A DNA stretch of 64,000 nt from an uncultured archaeon (GCA_964428495.1 CAYRXY010000001.1:33473-97472); one strand, 5' to 3'; positions 26,535 to 35,538 are shown, counted from the first letter of the stretch. Numbers and translations: made by a program. Notes: generated by a model from the letters alone, not told the origin.

Positions 26535-27059
26535 TTAGAATATCCTTGAGCTTGCCATGAACATAGGCATTGACATCTTTAAACCGAACAATACTATGAT
26601 GTAAGCTCCTATCATTACTGCACTCATTACTATCGACACTATCACAAAGGTTGTTATCATGTCTAACTTGTATAGTTCCTTTATTCCTGCGTACAATGTT
26701 GACAGACCTAGCACGAGAAGCGGAACCACTATAAAGAACGAGAATAATAGGCCCAGTGATCCTGCTGTACTAAATATTGCTGTTATTATCATTCCTATTC
26801 CTATGTAAATGGATAGATACGAGACAACACCTAGTGCATCTTTGTATACACCCTTACCCTTAAAGACCTTTACTGATATGTCTATGAGAAATGCTAGAAA
26901 CAATATTATAATAAACTGTATTATTGAAAACGCGATGCAGTTGTTTATTGTCGATGATAGAATATATCCTGAAATTCCCATTAGGATTGATGCTACCACT
27001 GCAACCCCGATTATTTTTTCTAGTTTTTCCTTCTTTAGTTTTTTTACATTTAACAACAT
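26535..27059 (-). CDS. Hypothetical polytopic membrane protein
   Basis: 174 aa, about 5 TM helices. Last gene of the RHH-led minus-strand trio. No family recognised. Confidence 0.5.
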   Translation of the reverse strand: MLLNVKKLKKEKLEKIIGVAVVASILMGISGYILSSTINNCIAFSIIQFIIILFLAFLIDISVKVFKGKGVYKDALGVVSYLSIYIGIGMIITAIFSTAGSLGLLFSFFIVVPLLVLGLSTLYAGIKELYKLDMITTFVIVSIVMSAVMIGAYIIVLFGLKMSMPMFMASSRIF

Positions 27060-27091
27060 AAGAAGTAGTTGTTTTTGTTTTAATAAAAAGA

Positions 27092-27553
27092 TTAGCTTGT
27101 TAAATTAACACATTCAACAGATGTAGAATATAGGAGTGGACATAAAGAATCTTTTATATTTTCTACTGTCAAATTTGTGAGCTCATTTTCTCCCTTCATA
27201 CTATACAGGATTAGTTTCTCTTCAGGTGAGTTATCTATCATTGATGAAATAATTTGAGTTTTTCCATCTAATGTTGGGAAATTCTGTGGTAGAGATTTTA
27301 CATACTGAATTATTTGATAGTTTGTGTCATTATTATAGTAAAACTCAGCAATTGTAAAACCATTACGAATCAATAAGGATTTTGTCTGATTGTTTATTTT
27401 CTCATGGATAATATAGTTAACTATTTTGTTATTTTCTGAGTTTTGATTGGTGTCAATAGCTCTACCAATCCAACCTATTGCATATCCAAGGATAGAAGAA
27501 GCCATTATTATTGTTATAAGTAATGTTACAACTTTTCTTGTTTTTTCTTTCAT
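27092..27553 (-). CDS. Hypothetical N-terminally anchored extracellular protein
   Basis: 153 aa. Single TM VVTLLITIIMASSILGYAIGWI followed by an N/T-rich soluble domain. Confidence 0.5.
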   Translation of the reverse strand: MKEKTRKVVTLLITIIMASSILGYAIGWIGRAIDTNQNSENNKIVNYIIHEKINNQTKSLLIRNGFTIAEFYYNNDTNYQIIQYVKSLPQNFPTLDGKTQIISSMIDNSPEEKLILYSMKGENELTNLTVENIKDSLCPLLYSTSVECVNLTS

Positions 27554-27575
27554 AATAACTCATTATTTATTTAGA

Positions 27576-27722
27576 TTAAAAAATGTTAGAAATCTTAGAA
27601 TTCAGCAATCTTCTAACAGCATCTCTTATAGCTTCGGATCTATTTGGATAAATTCCTTTCTTTACAAGCGTATCGATTCTTCTTATCATCTCACGTGGTA
27701 TTCTTACCTGTACTACGTCCAT
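27576..27722 (-). CDS. Ribbon-helix-helix (CopG/NikR-N-like) DNA-binding protein
   Basis: 48-aa ORF below the track cutoff: MDVVQVRIPREMIRRIDTLVKKGIYPNRSEAIRDAVRRLLNSKISNIF. It shows the beta-strand, helix, helix pattern typical of RHH repressors. First gene of a minus-strand trio. Confidence 0.65.
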   Translation of the reverse strand: MDVVQVRIPREMIRRIDTLVKKGIYPNRSEAIRDAVRRLLNSKISNIF

Positions 27723-27785
27723 AATACAAGGTTGATAGTTAAACTTAAAAATGTTATTTCCCTTTGGTAAAAAATATTATTGTAG

Positions 27786-27801
27786 CATTACATATGTAAT
27801 G
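27786..27801. promoter_or_regulatory. 16-bp perfect palindrome, operator candidate in a divergent promoter
   Basis: CATTACATATGTAATG lies in the 127-bp region between the RHH gene (ATG 27722, minus) and the coiled-coil surface-protein gene (ATG 27850, plus), just downstream of the A/T-rich TATA-like AAAAATATTATT. Confidence 0.5.
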
Positions 27802-27849
27802 TGAAATATGAATTTAAGATTTACGATTAATCCTTCAATAGGGATAAAG

Positions 27850-28917
27850 ATGAAGAAGCTGGATAAACTAACGATAATTGGAATTTTAACTACTATTGTG
27901 CTTGTTTTCCTGATAAATACTCATGGATCGTTAGCTTACACGCTCTCATCAATATTTACTATATCTCCAAGTTCAACAAGTAGTAATGAAACACCAAATA
28001 TAACAAACATAACTATGGAAAAAAGGGATTTCTACATATATCCATCAGGGAATCTTGATATCGGATCCTATGTGGGTACTACAAAGACAGGTTTAAAATT
28101 AGAAATGAAGAATGTTTACAATCCGACAAATAATACAGATTTTGTTGTAGATATCTTTAATGGAGAAAAATGGGCGAAGTTTAACATAACAATCGATCAT
28201 AACTCTACCTGGAGCTATGCATTGATAAATGGAATATTAGTAGTTCCTGCCCATTCAGGACTATATTTTGATTCAACTAATACGAATTACTATAAATTTA
28301 ACAAACAACTTAAGGTTTCCACGAAAGGTGGTGATGGAGTTATATATATCTATACAGAAGAGAAGCCAAGTAGAGTTGTTGCAAATGTTTCCATAAAATG
28401 GTATTATAATGACTCAACCAATGTGCTTGTAATAAAGCTTCTTTCAAATTCAAACCACACCTTTGTTGTTGATTGGACGGAATATCCAGTAATGCAGGGA
28501 ACAATATTTGTTGAAGATAGAACAGGGATTGAAGAAATGGAATATGAGAAGAGTAACTTGGAGAAGGAATTAGAAAAGTATAATAAACTTCTGACCGAGT
28601 TGAATAATAGATTAAACTATCTGGAGAACGTAACAGCCAATTTAACTAGTGAATATAGTGATTTGACCAATAAGCTAAACAAGTTGATAAATGAAAAGAC
28701 GGAAATTCAAAATAAAATCACTGAATATAATAAGACAAAAACTATGCTAGAAGAGAAGTTAAAAGATAAGACGATCATTTCACCGTTCAAGGCAGCACTA
28801 ATTGTAATATTCCTTATATTTTTGATAGGTTATATGTTGTTAGTTCAATTTGAGAGAATCGCTCCACAAACAGTGGAAAATATCAAAATGTTTAGTTTAG
28901 GTGAGAAAAATGAATAA
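27850..28917 (+). CDS. Tail-anchored surface protein: signal peptide, N-glycosylation-rich beta domain, coiled coil, C-terminal TM
   Basis: MKKLDKLTIIGILTTIVLVFL signal/anchor. Many N-x-S/T sequons. A heptad-rich segment (EKSNLEKELEKYNKLLTELNNRLNYLEN...) and a terminal TM ALIVIFLIFLIGYMLLV. The track start 27808 is less likely. Confidence 0.55.
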   Translation: MKKLDKLTIIGILTTIVLVFLINTHGSLAYTLSSIFTISPSSTSSNETPNITNITMEKRDFYIYPSGNLDIGSYVGTTKTGLKLEMKNVYNPTNNTDFVVDIFNGEKWAKFNITIDHNSTWSYALINGILVVPAHSGLYFDSTNTNYYKFNKQLKVSTKGGDGVIYIYTEEKPSRVVANVSIKWYYNDSTNVLVIKLLSNSNHTFVVDWTEYPVMQGTIFVEDRTGIEEMEYEKSNLEKELEKYNKLLTELNNRLNYLENVTANLTSEYSDLTNKLNKLINEKTEIQNKITEYNKTKTMLEEKLKDKTIISPFKAALIVIFLIFLIGYMLLVQFERIAPQTVENIKMFSLGEKNE

Positions 28918-29458
28918 AGTCTATACAATTTTAATTTTATCACTTGTTATAGGTATAGGGACTGCTCAAATACTAGAAAATGGAAATATAGAAAACGGAT
29001 ATGTGATTATTAATAATCAGACATATAAGATTGTGAACCAAGAGAAGGTTTATATTAAATACGATGGTAAACTTATTGAACAAAGGAAAATTTTTGTTGA
29101 GGACACATCATTAGTAAATGAACTTTCTAATGCGATAGGTAGTATAAAAGAGGAAATTTCAAAGATTCAAGGAAAAATTTCAATTCTTAACCAGAAGATT
29201 GTCGATGAAGTGGATAATGAAGAGAAGTTAAAAAGTAATATAAACATTACAGGTGAAAAAATAGAAAATGCTACCTCTGAGATAAACAATTATAACCAAA
29301 CATTAAATAAGATTCAGAAAGAGAAGATAGATCTTGTGAATAAGATCACAGATAACTTCCTTTTGAATAAGACACAAACATATGCATTAAGTACATTAAT
29401 AATTGTTTTAGTTCTATCGTCAATAGTTCTAGAAATATTGGGAAGAAAGAAGAGATGA
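28910..29458 (+). CDS. Smaller tail-anchored coiled-coil surface protein
   Basis: MNKVYTILILSLVIGIGTA signal, coiled coil (IKEEISKIQGKISILNQKIVDE...), C-terminal TM TLIIVLVLSSIVLEIL. The ATG follows AGGTGAG and overlaps the upstream gene by 8 nt. Confidence 0.55.
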   Translation: MNKVYTILILSLVIGIGTAQILENGNIENGYVIINNQTYKIVNQEKVYIKYDGKLIEQRKIFVEDTSLVNELSNAIGSIKEEISKIQGKISILNQKIVDEVDNEEKLKSNINITGEKIENATSEINNYNQTLNKIQKEKIDLVNKITDNFLLNKTQTYALSTLIIVLVLSSIVLEILGRKKR

Positions 29459-29677
29459 TCATTCATAATCTTCGAGTGCTCTTAAGCCAGTTTTTGTTAT
29501 TACATAGCATTTATCACTAAAGCTCAATGTTGCGATGAATTTCTTTTCTATGAGCGACCTTACACAGGTTTCTATCGTTGACTTAGATTCTTTAGCTAAT
29601 CTTTTGAGTTCGGTACTTGTTACAACTTGTCTTTCTGCAATTTCTTTTAATATCTTAATTTCTTTTTGATTGAGCAT
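29459..29677 (-). CDS. Small winged-helix DNA-binding protein
   Basis: 72 aa. EIKILKEIAERQVVTSTELKRLAKESKSTIETCVRSLIEKKFI is an HTH-plus-wing pattern (MarR/ArsR-like). Directly downstream of the DJ-1-like gene. Confidence 0.55.
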   Translation of the reverse strand: MLNQKEIKILKEIAERQVVTSTELKRLAKESKSTIETCVRSLIEKKFIATLSFSDKCYVITKTGLRALEDYE

Positions 29678-29679
29678 TC

Positions 29680-30219
29680 CTACCCCTCATATCCTATTTT
29701 ATCTTTGATATCAATCATTTTATCCTTTCCGGCCAGTTTTTCAACAATTTTTAATGAAAATATTATTGATGAGCTAGCATCTCTACCTGTGATGATATGA
29801 CCATCGCGAACGACCTTGTAGCTTCTTGGTTTTGGAATTTTCTTTTCAAACCCAGGACTACACGTTGCAATCCGATTTTCTAATATTCCCGCTCTAGCTA
29901 ATACGACGACGGATTCACCAATGGTACCTATTACTTTTTCTTTCTCATTGAAGAATTTTACTAAATTTATTATTCTTGACGAATTTAGGAAACCTTTGTA
30001 TCCAGGGTCACCACCAACAAGAATTAGAGCATCGAATTTATTTTGATCCACCTCAGTTATCCTTTTATCAGTAACTATTTTTTGTTTAGTTTCTCCTTCG
30101 ACAATAGAGGAGACTAAACCAACTGTTATTGCATTTATCTTCGCTTTTCTTAGTATGTTTACTATAGAAGAAAATTCAATTTCATTAAAACCGTCTACAA
30201 GAGGTACAAGTACATTCAT
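29680..30219 (-). CDS. DJ-1/PfpI-family protein lacking the nucleophile cysteine
   Basis: 179 aa. FDALILVGG and ATCSPG family motifs are present, but the nucleophile-elbow position (ICHGP/ICAGP in characterised members) reads TIGESV. Confidence 0.7.
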   Translation of the reverse strand: MNVLVPLVDGFNEIEFSSIVNILRKAKINAITVGLVSSIVEGETKQKIVTDKRITEVDQNKFDALILVGGDPGYKGFLNSSRIINLVKFFNEKEKVIGTIGESVVVLARAGILENRIATCSPGFEKKIPKPRSYKVVRDGHIITGRDASSSIIFSLKIVEKLAGKDKMIDIKDKIGYEG

Positions 30220-30266
30220 AAGTTTAAATATTTAGAGTACAAACTTTAATAAGTTAAGGTGATCGT

Positions 30267-30680
30267 ATGCCTGTAATTGGAATGAGTTTCTCTTCGATAG
30301 AAGCAAAGGTTAAGTCGCAGAAGAAGGGAAAGATAGAGGTCAGTTCAACACCGATCATAAAGAACATTGAAAAAAAGAAGGTAGAACCAATAGGAGAAGT
30401 TGCATCGATAGAATTTGAGTTCAAAACCACGTATAATCCAGGTATAGCTCAGATATCTTTGAAAGGAGAGATACTTTTACAAGAAAGAGATATAAACAAG
30501 CTAATAAAGCAATGGAAGGATAAAAAGAAATTACCTGCAGAGATTGCAGTTCCGGTTTTGAATGTAATATTTAGAAGATGCCTAAAGAGAGCAATTGATC
30601 TCGCAGATGATTTGCAATTACCACCACCAATTCAGTTTCCGGTCGTGAAAGCAAAAGAAGACAGTAAATATATAGAGTAA
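30267..30680 (+). CDS. Hypothetical protein
   Basis: 137-aa ORF behind SD GGTGAT. No family recognised. Confidence 0.5.
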   Translation: MPVIGMSFSSIEAKVKSQKKGKIEVSSTPIIKNIEKKKVEPIGEVASIEFEFKTTYNPGIAQISLKGEILLQERDINKLIKQWKDKKKLPAEIAVPVLNVIFRRCLKRAIDLADDLQLPPPIQFPVVKAKEDSKYIE

Positions 30681-30723
30681 ACAATCTCTTTAAAATTCTT
30701 TTTACTGTTTATTTTATATTGAT

Positions 30724-30796
30724 AGCCCCGTGGTGTAGTGGCCAAGCATGGGAGGCTCTGGACCTCCAGACCCAGGTTCGAATCCTGGCGGGGCTA
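30724..30796 (+). tRNA. tRNA-Gln (anticodon CUG)
   Basis: AGCCCCG TG GTGTAGTGGCCAAGCAT G GGAGG CTCTGGA CCTCC AGAC CCAGG TTCGAAT CCTGG CGGGGCT A. Has the A1-U72 pair typical of archaeal tRNA-Gln. Anticodon CTG. Confidence 0.9.
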
Positions 30797-30824
30797 TAAA
30801 TTTTCAAGAGATAGATGAATAAAT

Positions 30825-31412
30825 ATGAAAGGGCAATTTTTCTTATTTGCTGGAATATTGATTGTCTTAACTATTATATTCATCAGAACGCTTATGATCT
30901 CTGTAGCTTCAATACCAACATCAAATATTTACTTTCCAGAAAAAACCTTACAAAATTTAGAGTTAGAATACGAAAATATACTCCGTCTCTCAGTTGTTGA
31001 AGACTCTCCACCGATGAGCGCTAGAATTTCTTTTCAAAACTTTACGAATTCTGTTAGAAAATTCGAAGATGTTGAGGTATTATGGATTGTTTTTTATGGT
31101 AATTCTACGAATATGAATATGTCTATTGGAAACTTCCTTAAAAGTTCTATAAATCTAAATATAGAATCTTCCTCAACAAATCCTACTTCGATTACAGCAT
31201 CTCTTAAAGATGGCGAAATTGATGATTTTTATCTTTCAGTTACATATCCAGCAATTTTCAACGTTTCATACACCTTTAAGGGTGAACAAAGGAAAGAAGA
31301 ATTTGAAATTAGTGACGAGTCACTTTGTGGGTTTTTTGATATAAAGATAAAGAAGGGAGATTTCTGGGTAAGAAATATTTATTTCAAATGTTTCAAAACT
31401 ATAGTAACTTAA
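30825..31412 (+). CDS. Hypothetical protein with pilin-like (class III signal-like) N-terminus
   Basis: 195 aa. MKGQFFLFAGILIVLTIIFI (K-G/Q plus hydrophobic helix). Rest is S/N-rich with sequons. Confidence 0.45.
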   Translation: MKGQFFLFAGILIVLTIIFIRTLMISVASIPTSNIYFPEKTLQNLELEYENILRLSVVEDSPPMSARISFQNFTNSVRKFEDVEVLWIVFYGNSTNMNMSIGNFLKSSINLNIESSSTNPTSITASLKDGEIDDFYLSVTYPAIFNVSYTFKGEQRKEEFEISDESLCGFFDIKIKKGDFWVRNIYFKCFKTIVT

Positions 31413-32145
31413 TATAGCCGGGTTTTGGTTCAAAACATGTTCCATCCGAAAGAAGTTCATTTACTATGGCTTCCAATACCTCTTCTGGTAATCCTGATGC
31501 CTCAATTAGCTTAGAATACTCACAACCGTTTTCTTCATCTAAGTCCTTTATCAATTTTATTATTCTTTCTCTTTCTGCAGTCATATCAATAGATTTTGTC
31601 TGTGGCTCTTCCTGTGCAATGAGCACAGCCTCTACTATTTCTGGATCTATTCCATATTTTTTCTTCATAACGGACTTTAATTCTTCTATATCTGATGTTT
31701 GTTTTTGCATTTCAAGTACGAGGCTCTTTATGCCCTTTAACTCTTTAACTTCTTTCAGTAGCTCTAGTTTTCTCAGTATTAAGAAATTTGGATTGTCAAC
31801 TTTCCATATAATCTCTGGACTTACATATATTTCGTTATTATACTCTCGAACTTTACCTATAACATCTATCATATCTCCTTTATTTAGACCTTCTATCATT
31901 GAAACAGCTCTAAACACTTTTGCTCTAATTGTCTCCGTACCATCATCCAGTGTTATGGATCCAAATTTTTTGTCAGGAGAGATGAACTTATCTGTTATGA
32001 ATGATAGAATTCTCACTCTAGATAACTTCATACCTAAAGGAGATACAATATAACTCGAATTAATTCCTTCACCTTTTACATATTTTCCATTCACGATCGA
32101 TGAAATGCTGGTCTTTATAGCAGTGATTCGTCTTCTTTCAGGCAT
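31399..32145 (-). CDS. OB-fold ssDNA-binding protein, RPA2/RPA32-like, with C-terminal winged helix
   Basis: OB-fold segment GSITLDDGTETIRAKVFRAVSMIEGLNKGDMIDVIGKVREYNNEIYVSPE and C-terminal wH-like EEVLEAIVNELLSDGTCFEPKPGYIKLL. Start set to ATG 32145, which follows GGTGAT. The track start 32169 lies inside the SRP RNA. Confidence 0.55.
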   Translation of the reverse strand: MPERRRITAIKTSISSIVNGKYVKGEGINSSYIVSPLGMKLSRVRILSFITDKFISPDKKFGSITLDDGTETIRAKVFRAVSMIEGLNKGDMIDVIGKVREYNNEIYVSPEIIWKVDNPNFLILRKLELLKEVKELKGIKSLVLEMQKQTSDIEELKSVMKKKYGIDPEIVEAVLIAQEEPQTKSIDMTAERERIIKLIKDLDEENGCEYSKLIEASGLPEEVLEAIVNELLSDGTCFEPKPGYIKLL

Positions 32146-32160
32146 AATATCACCATTAAT

Positions 32161-32430
32161 GGGAGCCACGCCCTTGGTGGGCGTAACTGACAGATGGAAT
32201 TATTCCAAACCGTCGCTCCACCCAGCTACCCTCCAAGCACACAGCTCTAGGCTTAGGGCTGCTCCCTTCCGGGCCTGACCCGGTTCACCAAGAACTGTGT
32301 CCTGGAGGACTGAGCTTCTCAGCTAGGGTTTGGAGTTCCACCTACCAGCTACGCCGCCCTCGGGCTTCGGTCCCACCATGAGGACGGTTTGCGGTTACAG
32401 GCCACGCCCAGCGGCCCGACCTAGGCCCCC
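32161..32430 (-). ncRNA. Signal recognition particle RNA (archaeal 7S RNA)
   Basis: A GC-rich 270-nt island in AT-rich DNA. Reverse strand starts GGGGGCCTAGGTCGGGCCGCTGGGCGTGGCCTGTAACC (Alu-domain-like). It contains the conserved helix-8 motif GGTCAGGCCCGGAAGGGAGCAGCC. The 3' end GGCTCCC pairs with the 5' GGGGGCC. Confidence 0.9.
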
Positions 32431-32537
32431 AATTTATATAAAATAGGTAAAAGTTTAAGAAGCTTGAAGAATTTTGATAACATTTTTAAATTTCACGAAA
32501 TAATAATATACATACATATACATTTGAGGTGAAAAAT

Positions 32538-34169
32538 ATGAATGGAAACACACAACTTGTTGGACAGCCAATTTTAATTCTACCTGAAGGAACAACAAGA
32601 CAGACAGGTAGAGACGCTCAAAAAAGAAACATAGAGGCAGCTAAGGTTGTAGCAGAGGCAGTCAGGACTACATTAGGACCGAAGGGAATGGATAAGATGC
32701 TCGTCAGTAGCATTGGAGACGTAGTTATAACAAATGATGGAGCTACTATTTTAGATGAAATGGACATCGAACATCCTGCAGCAAAGATGATGGTAGAAAT
32801 TGCAAAGACACAAGAAGAAGAGGTAGGAGATGGAACCACAACAGCAGTAGTTATAGCTGGTGAATTACTGAAGAAAGCAGAGGAATTACTCGATCAAGAT
32901 ATACACCCAATTATAATTGCAAAGGGATTTAGATTGGCAAAAGGCAAGTCGCTAGAACTTTTGAATGAACTAGCACAGGAAGTAACAATAGAAACTGAGA
33001 ATCTTCTTCAAAAGATTGCAATGACTGCAATGACTGGAAAGAGTGGAGAAGCAGCAAAGGAAAATCTAGCAAAACTAGCTGTTAATGCAATAAAATCTGT
33101 GATGGAAGTTAAAGATGGAAAGATCATTATTGATAAGGAAGATATTAAGATAGAAAAGAAACAAGGAGGAAGTATAGATGATACAGAACTTGTTAAAGGA
33201 GTTGTTATTGACAAGGAAGTTGTACATCCAGCCATGCCAAAGAAAATAGAAAATGCAAAAATCCTCCTAGTTAATACAGCATTAGAAATAAAATCAACCG
33301 AGACAGATGCAAAAATTAATATTACATCACCTGAACAAATGCAGACATTTTTGGATCAAGAAACTAAGATGTTAAAAGAAATTGCAGATAAAGTTGTAAA
33401 TAGTGGGGCAAATGTAGTCTTCTGTCAGAAAGGTATTGATGATCTAGTTCAACACTACCTAACAAAGGCTGGAATACTTGCTGCAAGAAGAGTTAAGGAA
33501 AGTGATATGGAAAAACTTGCAAAGGCAACAGGTGCAAGAATTATTACGAACTTAGATGAGATTTCGAAAGATGATCTAGGAGAAGCAGGCATTGTTGAAG
33601 AGAAAAAGCTTGGTGGAGAAGAAATGATCTTTGTAAGGGATTGTAAGAATCCTAAATCAGTAACAATCTTACTAAGAGGAGGAACTGAGCATGTTGTTGA
33701 TGAAGCGAAGCGTGCAATGGAAGATGCAGTACTTGGAATTATTTCAGCATTAGAACTTGGAAAGTTTGTTGTCGGCGGTGGGGCAGTAGAAATGGAACTT
33801 GCAAAGAAACTTAGAGAATATGCAGCACAAGTTGGTGGCCGTGAACAGTTAGCAATAGATAAATTTGCAGATGCAATGGAAATAATACCAAGAACTCTTG
33901 CAGAAAGTGCAGGTATGGATCCAATAGATGCATTAGTAGAATTGAGGACAGAGCATGAGAAAGCTAATAAAAATATAGGAATAGACGTCATAAATGCAAA
34001 ACTTGGAGATATGTTTGAGAATGGAGTTATAGAACCGTTAAAGATAAAGACACAGGCAATCAAAAGTGCTAGTGAAGCTGCAGAAATGATACTTAGAATA
34101 GACGATGTAATTATGGCAAGTAAGGTATTCAGAGGAGAAAAGCCAGAAAACACGTTTGGCGGATACTAA
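32538..34169 (+). CDS. ths: Thermosome subunit (group II chaperonin)
   Basis: [51 protein letters not shown] and VVGGGAVE motifs. The ATG follows GAGGTG; the track start 32529 is the GTG in the SD. Confidence 0.95.
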   Translation: MNGNTQLVGQPILILPEGTTRQTGRDAQKRNIEAAKVVAEAVRTTLGPKGMDKMLVSSIGDVVITNDGATILDEMDIEHPAAKMMVEIAKTQEEEVGDGTTTAVVIAGELLKKAEELLDQDIHPIIIAKGFRLAKGKSLELLNELAQEVTIETENLLQKIAMTAMTGKSGEAAKENLAKLAVNAIKSVMEVKDGKIIIDKEDIKIEKKQGGSIDDTELVKGVVIDKEVVHPAMPKKIENAKILLVNTALEIKSTETDAKINITSPEQMQTFLDQETKMLKEIADKVVNSGANVVFCQKGIDDLVQHYLTKAGILAARRVKESDMEKLAKATGARIITNLDEISKDDLGEAGIVEEKKLGGEEMIFVRDCKNPKSVTILLRGGTEHVVDEAKRAMEDAVLGIISALELGKFVVGGGAVEMELAKKLREYAAQVGGREQLAIDKFADAMEIIPRTLAESAGMDPIDALVELRTEHEKANKNIGIDVINAKLGDMFENGVIEPLKIKTQAIKSASEAAEMILRIDDVIMASKVFRGEKPENTFGGY

Positions 34170-34576
34170 GAAATTCCTAAGATTTTTTCAATTTTTTTTA
34201 CTTCTTCATTTATTATATCTTTTGCATCTTCTACCGCATCAGGATATATTTCTAGTTTGTAAAAACTGTTGAAATTTTTTTCTTCGCTTTTGAAGATGCA
34301 ATTTAATGATGCCGCTATTTTTATTTTAATTTTTTCTGATGTTGCAAGTATATCAAAATAAAAAATAATTCTAGATATTTTGTCAACATCCCTTATCGAT
34401 TCGAATTTTAGTATCATTGTGGAGCCATCACTTGTAGTAAATAATTTATTTTCTCTGATTTCAAGTCTACCGAATTCTGACATGATATTTTTTAATTTCA
34501 ATGCAATGGAGAACGATTCATCTGTCTCTAGCTCAAACAAATTCTCATATAATATTTCTTTTATTACTTCGGTCAT
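34166..34576 (-). CDS. Hypothetical protein
   Basis: 136-aa ORF, co-directional with and 3 nt downstream of the CBS gene. No family recognised. Confidence 0.45.
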   Translation of the reverse strand: MTEVIKEILYENLFELETDESFSIALKLKNIMSEFGRLEIRENKLFTTSDGSTMILKFESIRDVDKISRIIFYFDILATSEKIKIKIAASLNCIFKSEEKNFNSFYKLEIYPDAVEDAKDIINEEVKKIEKILGIS

Positions 34577-34579
34577 TTT

Positions 34580-35128
34580 TCATTCCTGTTCCTCTCTACA
34601 CTCAGGACAAAGCCATACACCATTAACTTCTTTTAAGTCATCTGAATAGTTTCCACATGATTCACAAATTCCAAATGTTGATTCTTCAGATTTGTACTCA
34701 GGTCCCTTTGTTCTTATGTTCTCTATGAGAATTTCAAACAAAGCTGGTTCTACACGCAGAATATCTGACGCTGATATAATTCCAACAAACTTTCCTTTAT
34801 CATATACTAAAAGTTGCTCGACGTCATACTTTACCATCTTTCTTGCGGCTTCCTCTATCATCTTATTTGGTGATATTTTTATCAATTTTGAACTCATTAC
34901 ATCTTTTAACCTCTTCTTACCAGCAAGAACGTATTTGAAGACTATATCACTTTTTGTCACAATCCCGACGACTTTCTTATTTTTATCAAGAACTATTACG
35001 GATCCAATTTTATTTCTTTTCATTATGTCTGCTACGTCTTTTATAGTGGCTGTAATTGGCACGGCCTTTATTCTTCTTATCATTACTTCCCTTACTGTTG
35101 TGTTGAGCCTCATAAAGTATATTATCAT
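34580..35128 (-). CDS. CBS-domain pair protein with C-terminal zinc ribbon
   Basis: Two CBS repeats (VMIRRIKAVP...GSVIVLD; VMSSKLIKISP...QLLVYD) and C-terminal CESCG...CPEC. Confidence 0.75.
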   Translation of the reverse strand: MIIYFMRLNTTVREVMIRRIKAVPITATIKDVADIMKRNKIGSVIVLDKNKKVVGIVTKSDIVFKYVLAGKKRLKDVMSSKLIKISPNKMIEEAARKMVKYDVEQLLVYDKGKFVGIISASDILRVEPALFEILIENIRTKGPEYKSEESTFGICESCGNYSDDLKEVNGVWLCPECREEQE

Positions 35129-35148
35129 GGACTTCCTATAAATAACTT

Positions 35149-35538
35149 ATGGTAAAAACCTATAGAAAGGGCTATGTTGCTGAGCTTGAGTTGGTCCATA
35201 TATTAGCTAAAAGGGGATGGTTAGTGGTCCGTGCACCACGATCCGGAAGGATAAATCTTCCATCCCCAGATATAATAGCTGTTAAAAATGGTAAGATCGT
35301 CGCCATTGAGTGTAAAGTCAGAGATGAAGCATTTTCTGTTTCAAAAGATCAGATAGATCAATTAAAGGTATGGTCTAAAACCGGAGGTGCTTCGGTTTTC
35401 TTAGCTCTTAAGGTTCCTAGAAGAGGATGGAAGTTCTTTGGTATAGACATGATTATTAAAATGAATGGTAAAATAGGAAAGAAATCTTTTAATGATGGTC
35501 TCGACTTAGAAGAATTTATTTCACTAATCGATCGATAA
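35149..35538 (+). CDS. hjc: Holliday junction resolvase Hjc
   Basis: 129 aa. KGYVAELELVHILAKRGWLVVRAPRSG...PDIIAVKNGKIVAIECK matches the Hjc catalytic core (E...D...E-x-K). Confidence 0.85.
   Translation: MVKTYRKGYVAELELVHILAKRGWLVVRAPRSGRINLPSPDIIAVKNGKIVAIECKVRDEAFSVSKDQIDQLKVWSKTGGASVFLALKVPRRGWKFFGIDMIIKMNGKIGKKSFNDGLDLEEFISLIDR

Noticed and set aside
30267-30680. Tentative SecB-like chaperone assignment for the 137-aa ORF (the C-terminal ...PVLNVIFRRCLKRAIDLADDLQLPPPIQFPVV loosely recalls the SecB C-terminal region)
   Set aside because: The resemblance is a by-eye pattern over about 35 residues with few identities. Without a profile or structure search it is not reportable as a call, so the ORF is left as hypothetical.
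33455-34153. 232-aa ORF antisense to the thermosome gene. Similar long antisense ORFs lie at 25876-26502 (alaS), 31466-32053 (RPA-like), 58020-58574 (eno), 34692-35141 (CBS gene), 36704-37292 (xpd), 12973-13550 (IDI-2), 4555-4875 and 5197-5412 (P-type ATPase), and 21590-21958 (tctA-like).
   Set aside because: All lie wholly inside well-supported genes on the opposite strand. They are low-complexity S/F/I/L-rich translations, as expected from reading GAA/AAG/GAT-rich sense codons backwards, and they have no SD or promoter context.
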